DNA of 64,000 nucleotides, taken from the NCBI GenBank assembly GCA_965655095.1, contig OZ296650.1:134168001-134232000 (forward strand). The letters are read 5' to 3'. Under the pieces are notes generated by a model, which was given only the letters and a program-made list of their open reading frames with translations, ran no database searches and was not told the DNA's origin. Positions 38,501 through 46,011 of this stretch are shown here, piece by piece (positions within the stretch are counted from its first letter, which is position 1; each line of letters begins with the position of its first letter). Source of the stretch: Haplodiscus bocki (lineage: Eukaryota). Made by a program: the position numbers and the translations under genes.

Positions 38501-40615
38501 GCTCTGTTAGTAAACAGCCTTTATTTCGCTGCTGCGCTACCGCCTGTGCTGGACAGAAGTGTCATTGAAGAATACGAAGAATCACTAGCAGTGCAAATCA
38601 GTATGGAAAAATGCAAAATGGTAGCTTTTCTTCACACTTGTCAGAAACAATTACCTACTGAGCAGGCGATGCTAGATGCAACCATCACCGTCCCTTTACC
38701 TTGGAAACCAGTCATTCAGAAAAGCCCGGATCAATGTCGAAACTCTTATACGGAACAGAAGAGTGTATTAAACAAACTGTTGAGTTCCATCGACATTTAT
38801 AAAGAAGGACTTTGCAGTTTCATCAGGCATCAAATTGTCTTTGGACCTCCAGGAAGTGGGAAAACTTTCGTTGTGCTAAAATCGCTTGCATATGCTTTAT
38901 GCCAAGGTCTCAACTGTGTAGTGACATCTTTGGCTGCTGAAAGATCTGCCGCTTTGGCTGGAAAACATCTGAATGCCCTCATCCCATTTCCAGTGGAAAA
39001 ACACGCTTCTGCAGAATCGCTCTCGAGAACAGCCCTGTCCAACCTACAACGATCTCCTATTAAGAGCCGCTTTCTGCAAAATCTACATGTTCTTTTCGTG
39101 GAGGAATTGTCAATGATTTCTAGCGAACTTTGGGCTGCCACGGATTATGTGCTTCAGGTTATCACAGCAAACTATGTTCCATTCGGTGGGAAACTTGTTA
39201 TTGCAACCGGAGATTTCTTCCAACTTCCTCCACCATCAGGATCTTGTTTGATGAGTTCTTCTTTTCCTCTCACAACGTTCACTTTTCTCAAACTGGAAAA
39301 TTTCGTTCGCATGCAAAACAAAAATGGCCAAGAACTGTTGTCTTTGTTGTCAGCGACTCCAAAAACTGACGGCAATGCGAGGCGTATCTGGGAAATTATC
39401 GGTAAAGGTTGCAATTTTGTCCATTCATGGAAAGACGTGCCGAATGATAGAATTCGAATTTTTGCCACTCGACAAGCAGAACGTAAAGCAACTGAAGACA
39501 AAATAATCGATGTTAAAAACAGCGGTACCCAATTTTATGAAAATGCGGCAATTGATGAAATGTGCGTTTCAAGCACTGACAACTGGACCGAGGCGTCGCC
39601 AAGTACATCAAAATTTCTCAACAAAAAGTGTCTTGAACCCCAGTCGTTGTTTCTGTACCCCGGAGCCATTTTACGACTAACAGTGAACATGCCATCTATA
39701 TCCGCGTATCAGGGTCAACTCTGTGTTCTGCTTTCTTTGGATACAATTCAGAATGGCTCTGTGACAATTGCTCTAGCACCAGCTGGTTGCCGAAGTATTC
39801 CACCGCTTGTTGTGATCAAAAACAAATGGCGTTGTGTTGTTATCGGCAAAGAAACTGGTGTTACCTACCGATTAAACCACAAAACGGTTTGCAGACGAAT
39901 CCAGTTTCCACTAAAATTATTTGTTGCGTCAACCATTCATAAGACAATGGGTGAAACGCTTCCGATGGTCGCAACCCAAATAGTTGGATCGAAAGACTTC
40001 GCTTTGTGGCTTCCCGAACAACTCTATGTTGTAATGAGTCGAGTAAGAAGTCTGAATCAGGTGACTTTTGTTGGATCGAAGGAATCTAACAAACGAGCAG
40101 TCTTGGATTTAGTCTGCAAAAATTCGCAATGGGCTGAACTCACGAATGAAATTTTGACTAAAAGTTCCGCTGGTGACCCTACAATTGATCATGCAAGAGC
40201 ATCTCCTTTTCCCCCTTCAATGAGAGAACTACCCGTTCAAAATGTGGGCTTCTGTTACTTGCTCCAAAGGGAACCACAGCAGCACCTTCTGTACATTGGC
40301 TCCACTATGTCGTTAGTGCGTCGTTTGCGAGAGCACAATGCAGGACTGGGTTCCTCCTTCACCAAGGTACAAAATCGTTTGCCCTGGATGGTTTGTGCTT
40401 ATGTTACTGGTTTCAATTCGATTAATGCTTCAGAGAGAATCCGAGCATTCGAGAAGGAGTGGCTGAATGCGGCAACACACTACGTCAACGCAAAAAAGAA
40501 AAATGTGTCACTTCCCACAGCTATCAATTTGGGGGAAATTGTCGCAAAAAATTGGCTATACAAAGAAGATGATTTGAAACTAGTAGTCTGCTGCAGGTCA
40601 TCAACTGTGTCTTGA
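32558..40615 (+). CDS. Rep/helicase polyprotein (~2685 aa): basic/CxxC N-terminus, OTU protease, Cys-rich and unknown domains, HUH Y2 Rep, PIF1-family helicase, SLX1-like GIY-YIG nuclease
   Basis: First ATG at 32558. OTU: GDGNCLF...NHF. Rep: YFVTYTC (~36638), YEWQEETAGFPHLH (~36875), RYVAKY (~37412). Helicase: GPPGSGKT, FVEELSM, GDFFQLPP, QFPLKLFVASTIHK, QLYVVMSRV. GIY-YIG: FCYLL...LYIGST...RRLREHN...PW...FEKEW. Confidence 0.95.
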   Translation: MSKQNNKGNLKRRRCTSCGQFVGEHHVCAKSIELELQVNEPLGILYKIPDASVAVSPTARTEIHSSLNTLGLMDFLKPTKTAIGNDTVICSMQPVRVTAVLGDGNCLFSSLAVALGLSHECGPIIRNIIVSHMNLISFPPNSLQTSVYSDDFPNQHRVLSCTSVDEYLRESRMAENGVFGSCVEIYSFCQIFKVDVFLYHVPFKSWMIYECSSNVNRKGIFIPQNRNANHFEVITELVSIGPESSSLSQVASINRPPSQSSETNHWSQALQNCEGTETEPASKKSKVNSDYTWEEHPDPLALSLFANSVSTKMKKLSALETLSTNSTNLPKNDCSQMLEPPCFDFSPTDSVSGNMHTNGECPNLGGCDCCAKCMRQSTVLYPLKLKRKNKFDLKNRVFGNKLTEPIVVLCKLCLLYCTTESYDWYNAWPSVFFSLLSDQDMPVRTQMDILSLLPWELRQQWMTSMHYFPLCVQRCLSRKRIAGKCSVDGTLRLRRFHELMKTLKQTNIALALDNEPYPNVRCPYGCWCFIEESGWIPANHFINLFERNFTSFQSSSFLHLRGIRSDFLTPFVSLRQFLVATTVRVDEKAGLVVQACSRHSRGSSVQYFHPPSHPSLVRTTVNYEERLSAIAPTLSFISSIKANFASHTYQLLRSVGSYSGMSTVRLKRKTRWDFTSDILYHAEGVACHFREDIKTMIREWVRQGKILDDVASGMLDHVPDKKKVNSCLSQATSIDLQTCLNLTKIVEMNEKEYLNNVKSLSCYTLVHGNDDYGCSPPPLENRVSIVSWIVQAAVCVSPILCRSLVNSSKYSVTLRPLFTLLRKVLLGTARMNTAKVLWLVRKSEQAVSAVIEQTNTDDKTEGTTDCCCFVGARFLSEICDTIQHVPLNKRKNIGSATTEQVSYNMTHAIFTTGSPKNLRNKVKPPLTLIISDNEFELIAVGTKDGSSKGEPRWLVRHGGRFQGFWLIEKSKKFATKTEGSPTDALETFIRGYWTIAIYQKSRNVQLIDLKWKFLSTLTGQGIFICAHHTIPLTRDFRNSGFQCRCNRASFLRCPHLQCYSCVCKRLFNEGLQQQHRRILIDSVPLEKLNKTNSPSLVSESSSSRDFIEPNSMPANEPIQPDAAAETLDIASSNSSSVSYIVHPETNDEEFEDDNLRIMATLKTNSDEKLISVDLERKEDAFKLPLHILLNSQCNLLYRRNGNPISLSLKEKRFLENISAVSTSALPLIQPEALLFPSIFWCQASSGSFPGAIPTALYNSSKYNKQLGFAGLDDMLRTRIKDGSLLTSCNPTYLQYVFDCLLNMQLHKSDIRIILNRGWQEVNSVPHNCSFLSTQTFKFDCAESRKNVCELAALITDKNPTYFVTYTCSQSTHPGIRKIFEALHEMYPAETTPKEVLAAAIQAELMPMLRSWYRASQYVMEWVKNSPEEPLGPVSHIWMRYEWQEETAGFPHLHAILCTPEDKFSDDVRSRVCCSKQTFLGGLEVSCPELNAVERFQLGKLYQKYQTHNCSKGRKRCHKKTDRLDKPICRVPKYPPSNCFSFKEIPVNFSCETMGLLREMELADIDENSLFPKVKDPLTAGKHHYPTVSNEHYSPTNAALFALTQSSTNVQICDDYMAPRYVAKYAAGIESRAVAKIVAGETENSVKVLTEPIAHEKIAGVQASQKKMRGDEKQKSVTGRVVSITECLWWSLQLPYVCTNVDFVHVPTVPKENRSGIITEKRFSNKIKLGATFMEGIRVRKHVLQLPKHRQFTRTQSFLLADVENSSISPDKVTVFGLRPPELLFVSKLKNYYSWFVRCKPQTKKSISNHEVFLKRSFRRSCWVDALGYLVKLRPCSVDAFVNFCRANGTDGRDGILKREMRIHIVPLLVTKKASQFVAHWKQLSEEDAVVVFSNVLPNNPTKFLLHVLLTNGEFDTEMDILNVQSFKEAFTTAKIIPSCNINAKTVQNLTRNYLLKQLSFVPGSSKLIDKYLLMAHSVLSEALLVNSLYFAAALPPVLDRSVIEEYEESLAVQISMEKCKMVAFLHTCQKQLPTEQAMLDATITVPLPWKPVIQKSPDQCRNSYTEQKSVLNKLLSSIDIYKEGLCSFIRHQIVFGPPGSGKTFVVLKSLAYALCQGLNCVVTSLAAERSAALAGKHLNALIPFPVEKHASAESLSRTALSNLQRSPIKSRFLQNLHVLFVEELSMISSELWAATDYVLQVITANYVPFGGKLVIATGDFFQLPPPSGSCLMSSSFPLTTFTFLKLENFVRMQNKNGQELLSLLSATPKTDGNARRIWEIIGKGCNFVHSWKDVPNDRIRIFATRQAERKATEDKIIDVKNSGTQFYENAAIDEMCVSSTDNWTEASPSTSKFLNKKCLEPQSLFLYPGAILRLTVNMPSISAYQGQLCVLLSLDTIQNGSVTIALAPAGCRSIPPLVVIKNKWRCVVIGKETGVTYRLNHKTVCRRIQFPLKLFVASTIHKTMGETLPMVATQIVGSKDFALWLPEQLYVVMSRVRSLNQVTFVGSKESNKRAVLDLVCKNSQWAELTNEILTKSSAGDPTIDHARASPFPPSMRELPVQNVGFCYLLQREPQQHLLYIGSTMSLVRRLREHNAGLGSSFTKVQNRLPWMVCAYVTGFNSINASERIRAFEKEWLNAATHYVNAKKKNVSLPTAINLGEIVAKNWLYKEDDLKLVVCCRSSTVS

Positions 40616-41192
40616 AAAGTCGTACTTTAGGAGAAAGCTGCCCAAAAACTTATGGATTAGTTTGAGATAATTGTTTTACTTGCACACAAACTTCCTTGCC
40701 TTGACAGCCATACGCATCGACTGCATAGTGATGCAATGGTGAATTTCTCTTTATGTTATGCTGCAACCGCATCGGCTGCAGAGTGATGTACCAAGTAGCA
40801 CGTGCAGCAACATCAACCTTTTTGCTGGAAAATATAATGCCTCGACTGCATAGTGTTGCATTATCTATTTTGCAGTTGAGATGATTTGTTGCTAATCACT
40901 TGTCTGTGTCTGTTTAATTCATTAGTTTGATGGGATTCACTTTCACTGAACCTGATTTGATGGACTTTGATTTTGGAAGCACTAGAAAGAGTCCATTTAA
41001 AAAAGCGCCGTTAATTTTGGACAATAGAAATCAGCTAACTTTCAAGTTTTTTCGGGAAAAAAATATAATCATACGTTAAATGACGAATTTTGACATTGTT
41101 GATTGAAGCACTCTTGTTACTGTATCCCCGTATTCGGGGATGATACCTGAAGCTGCAGAAACCGACGTTTTTCACAGTGCTTCCAGATCATT

Positions 41193-41945
41193 ATGGCTCA
41201 TTTGATCATAACCGACTCTCTGGGCGTACAACTGGAAGGTGTGCTTGAAAATTTGGCAGTTAAAAGTTTTCCTGGCGCCAGAGCGGCGGACCGACGTGTA
41301 ACGAGTTTCCTGGAAAATTTGCGGCGCCGCTTCCAATCCATTACAATTTTCATTGGAGGGAATGGCCTTTCCAATTGGGGCCGGCGTCCAGCTGAAAGTC
41401 CAGAACAGGTAAAGCTTAAGTGATGGTTCATGGGGTTACTGTTTGCAAAATCAAATTAGACGCTAGTAAAATTTGGAACGTTTTTGTGTATTGTTAAACC
41501 CTTTATTGAAGTACGTTTAGTAAAAATCTAGGAAAACGTTGTTTTCAATATTAAGTCTTTCTACTGGTACTTTAACTGGTGCTACTTGCAAACTATAATT
41601 GAACCGTAACTTTGTGTTTTTAATGTCTCAACAGTACTTCATTTGCTTTTGTTGTTTTATTATTAGGTGTTCCATGATATCTTGAACCTTGTGAGAATTG
41701 CCGAGAGAAAATGCGACAAAGTATACTGCCTGGGCTTAGTAATGCGAAGCCGACCGTGCTTCCTTGCAGTGAAAGAAATAAACCGAATGCTGCGAACATC
41801 CATTGGACACTACACTTACGTTTCCGTGTCATCTAAGATGTCATCTGAAAGAAATCTTAAAGACGGAGTGCATCTGTCTCAGCACGGCGTGACGAACATC
41901 CTGTGGATTATAAAAAGACGGATTTTAGGTAACAAATGTGTCTAG
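41193..41945 (+). CDS. Two-exon SGNH hydrolase (exons 41193-41408 and 41667-41945; 164 aa)
   Basis: Blocks TDSLG, FPGA and IGGNG are in exon 1 and DGVHL is in exon 2. The phase-0 intron 41409-41666 (CAG/GTAAAG...TTATTAG/) is at the same codon as in element D. Confidence 0.88.
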
Positions 41946-43387
41946 CAGTACATTAAGATGTTGAAAAACAGTATTGATTCCAGTAACTTGCGGTTGATAT
42001 CAACTTTCCAGCAATTGAATGTTTCTAGCTTTAAACTCTTTGGAATTTACCTATAGAAGGTTTACGTTTTTTCCATAAACTTCCATTCTAACACCAATGT
42101 CGTTTAGGACACTCAATCAGGAGACTCTCCCATCGCAAAAACCGCTACGTCCACTGGAAGTGGTGAAGATCCGGCCCTGTGTTGTTGTAGGCTTCATTTG
42201 GACATTTCTGGAAAATGGAATTACAATCTTGGTCGTTGCACCTATGTTTCGAATACTCTTGGTAGTTTTTTCATGATGACACAATTTTGAAACTTTTTTT
42301 GGTGGTACCATTAAAAACAAACAAAGGTGCTTTTTTGGTTTCCAATAATCTTGGCCAATTGACGCCGCTAACAGTGTTTTAATTTTGTTTTCGTGTCCTC
42401 TTCGATTTGTAATTTGTCAGTGATAAAATTGTAAAAAAGCTCGACCGCATGGTGGCCTCTACTTCTTTGAAGTTTTGAATTTTTTTTGTTCCACACACCT
42501 TGCATTTTGGCGTACATTACAACATATTTATTATTTTAAACTTTGTCTTCATGCCTCATTCAATTTAAAGTTGGTTTGTGATGACGTTGTAAGGAGTTCA
42601 ACCGCATGGTGATCTGTACCTCTTTGAATTTTTGATGCTTCGTTGTCATTGGAACATTTTTTTAATGGTCGCCGTCCGCTATTAGTCGTCACAATTCCTT
42701 CATGTTTTCGCTGAAATAGTGTACTCCATAGTTACATTGTTTGTTAAAAACTTTTGGTAGTTTAAAATTTCGAAAGTGATCAACTAACCTCGGCCATACT
42801 GTTACAAGGATTGTTCATATTATTTTGAATAAAGTTTTCTTTTGAAATGTTTGTTCTTATATTCGCAAAAAACGTTATAGCAAACATTGTGCAGCTTTGA
42901 GCTCGTATTAAACTTCAGTTGTCGAACATCTGCAATGAAGATATAATTTATAATCCTTAACTTTCTACAAGTTTTGTAGACAGGAAAAAAACCGATGTAA
43001 TAACGATGTATTTGAATGCATTGCTCACCATTTTTTTTCTTTTGCCTTGAGTGTTACTGATCGATAAAGCGTGATGCGTTGAACAGTAAGATAACTGTAA
43101 ATGTAACATAACATTTCGATGAAATAAACTTAATGATAAAGAAGATTTGAGAAATGTGAATAATTGAGAAACTTGTCATGCTTTTTTGAAAAACAGGTTG
43201 CTTTACTTGAAGCAATAGCGCTAATTCACTGGATTAAATGCTTGAAACCAAAATTACTTGCCTGTTGACTTCATTGAACCTTATAGGAAAATGCGTTCAC
43301 AGAATCTTTAAAAAAGGAAAAAGCATGGTTTTGAATGTTCCAATTGTTCAATTCTCAGGCAGCTTCAACCACGTTTGATTTCAGACT

Positions 43388-44398
43388 ATGACAACTCAAG
43401 TGAACACCTCCCAAGTAACAGCACCAAATTTTTTGCGACGAAGCGAAAATACATTCGTCAGAGGTATCGTTCTAGTAATTAAGAAATACGACAAACCTTT
43501 GCAGTTGTTTAGACCGCAAAATATCAAAAACAAGAGAGGTGCCCTCGATACCAGCTATGATCGATTAGTCATACTAGGCGAGATCAATTCAAAAGAATGC
43601 TTTGCTGTGATTGCGGAGTCTGCACAGAAAAGCTATTTTTTGTTCGGGGACACTCTGTTAACAGTAGGGTCAATTGTGGACGTAAAAGAACCTGTGTTCT
43701 CGAACTCTTGTCTCGGCAATGACCGCAGTAATCCAATTTTTCATGTCTTTCTTCCTTTGGAAGTCGTGGTTAACAATATTCCATTGTTGCCAATTCCCAT
43801 AGATCTCCACCCATCAACGACAGCAATGTTTCACTTTTGCTTGCCAAACAGACCCCTCACCTTCTTACAAGCAGGTGCTGTAGCTCCAACTTGCTCAGGC
43901 TTCATGTGTGACAGACGAGAAAAACGAATTGACTCTGTATGCCCCTGTATACAGAAATCTCCCGTTTCAGCTTGGGTAATGTGCGCCCGAATTGTCAGTC
44001 GTGACATCGAAAATGAAGACGAAGATTCCCTCACGGGAGAAATGATACAAAGTCTTAACCTGACAAAACTATTTTGCAGCGAAGCAATTATTAGAAGTTC
44101 ATATGCATCAATCGATTCGCAACAACTGCGGATTGCTGTTAACCAGGTGTCCCAATTTGTAAATGAGAATGGTGGTTGGCAGGTATGTGGATTTTACAAA
44201 AGTGGATCCACAGACGAAAATCTTGCACAAAACGTACAACGTGTCCGCATTTGCAAAATTACGCCTGCCGTTGAAGTGCCTTTTAACTTGAAATACAACA
44301 TTGTGCCATGCAACGCCAATATTGGCAATGAGCCCCCAGCTTTGCAACATGCGAATACTAACGTCGGTGCTCCTAACAATCCGAACAACGTACGATAG
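43388..44398 (+). CDS. Conserved 336-aa accessory protein (ORF3), possible OB-fold/Zn-binding protein
   Basis: Intact, full-length homologue of 9037-10035 and 62641-63654. Confidence 0.87.
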   Translation: MTTQVNTSQVTAPNFLRRSENTFVRGIVLVIKKYDKPLQLFRPQNIKNKRGALDTSYDRLVILGEINSKECFAVIAESAQKSYFLFGDTLLTVGSIVDVKEPVFSNSCLGNDRSNPIFHVFLPLEVVVNNIPLLPIPIDLHPSTTAMFHFCLPNRPLTFLQAGAVAPTCSGFMCDRREKRIDSVCPCIQKSPVSAWVMCARIVSRDIENEDEDSLTGEMIQSLNLTKLFCSEAIIRSSYASIDSQQLRIAVNQVSQFVNENGGWQVCGFYKSGSTDENLAQNVQRVRICKITPAVEVPFNLKYNIVPCNANIGNEPPALQHANTNVGAPNNPNNVR

Positions 44399-45419
44399 CT
44401 GATCTAGACTTACTCCTCAGATGACCGTTCTTTCTCCACCGCATGAACTGCTTGCTGGTTTTCAAAACCAATCTCTCCTTTCGCAATCGACCGCAAGGTG
44501 GTTGCTGAAAAAAACATGCACAAATTAACAAGTTTCGGAAAAAAAGTCAACTGATAAAGTTGTCCTCGTTCTTTCATACCACAATTTGTTCTCCTCCTTT
44601 TCAATCTTGAAACCTATGCTTCAATTTTCTTGTTAATGATAAAGTTTAACTTCCCAGTACTTATCAGTACCCAAAGGTTAATTGTTGGTTTTTGTGGAAC
44701 TGTAAACACTAATGTCAAATTACAAATTAGTTGTTGTTGAACAATGGAAATTAGTTTGCAACTGCCGACGACTTGTCTCTGTAAACCTACGTTTTTCAGT
44801 AGCTTAGAACATTGTGCTAATTCGTGTGGCTTTTGAGTGTGGTTTATTGGTTCGTGTAGAAGTTGTGAACTTTTTATGTTATGCAATTAACTTCTTTCTT
44901 GTTATGTTAAACATTACTATCCGTTCATGACCGAACGTTTTGAACTTTGAAACGCTGGCTTGCTCTTCTATCGGTCGAAGTGCACGCTCTCAGTTCGTTG
45001 CTTGACGTTTGATACAGTGTTGTAATTTTCGCTAACAGAAGAATGGGATCAAACTTTCATACGAAATTTTAGGGAAATTTTTTTCTGAAGTCCATACAGG
45101 TTCATTTGGTTCATTCGGGTTGTTTTCACAAAGTAACAGCTGGGAACCTACTGCCTACAAATTGACAACATTGATGCGAAACTTTTTGAGAAAGTTAAAA
45201 CACTTTCGCTGGTCAAATTTTGAAAGTATTCGTTCGGACAAAAATTTTAGTTTTCCTTCCCAGAAACTCATCAAACTTGAAGTTGTTTGTTAAAGGAACA
45301 GTTGCTCTCCGAGAATTGCGGGCAAAAATTCCTGCCGACGTTTCACCATACGCCTGTTTAAGTGTTATATTCAAATTCTACAGCAAAAATTGATTTTTTT
45401 CTGATTTTGTTTTTTTTTC

Positions 45420-46011
45420 CAAAAAATTCGTCATAACCGTCATTTTTTTCGGCAAAGTGGCCGAAACTTTTTCATCTTCGGAAAATTGCCTTTGAAGTTA
45501 TGGAGTCGATTTCATACTGGAGCCACTCCAGAGGGCAAACTATGCACTTCAATGTGGGAGCTATGACGAAATGGTCGATTTTCGGCATTTTTTTCCAACT
45601 TTGATCCGTCATATCTCAACACCTATGACGATTTGGTAGAAAATTTTTTGCATGTGTGTAGCCCTTAGTTATACTGCTTCACACGAAAAGTTTCGGCCAA
45701 ATGCATGTGGTTCCTTGCAGGGCTGTCGGTAAAAAACTGCAAAATGAGGCCAAAAAACAGAATCATCTCGTCATAATTCCCCAACCATTTTTGCTAGAAT
45801 GATCTAACTTGCACCATTGTTCTTAGAATTGAAAGTTATGCCCGCATGCAAAGTTTGATCAAAATCGTATGGGTGGGAGCTGAGATCGTTATTTTCCTAT
45901 ACCGTATTTGCATAGAGTTATTTCTTATATTTTAACGCGAGGCAAAGGGGCCCCTCCCCCGCCTCGCCAGGACCTATGAGGGGCGTAATCCCGTGACCAC
46001 CCAGTGGAGGC
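45420..46011 (+). repeat. Type 2 terminal module of element C
   Basis: Nearly identical by eye to ~28390-28976, ~46470-47059 and ~47515-48105. Confidence 0.9.

Larger units (their letters stand above)
28977..46011 (+). mobile_element. Helitron-like element C, complete core-to-core (17,035 bp), apparently intact and autonomous
   Basis: Bounded by cores at 28960-28976 and 45995-46011, with a type-2-like left end and a type 2 terminal module. It contains an uninterrupted polyprotein, a spliced SGNH gene and ORF3. Confidence 0.9.

Noticed and set aside
28390-46011. LTR retrotransposon (C is flanked by ~600-bp direct repeats)
   Set aside because: There is no RT, integrase or gag. The left repeat belongs to the preceding mini-unit, and B is flanked by two different module types.
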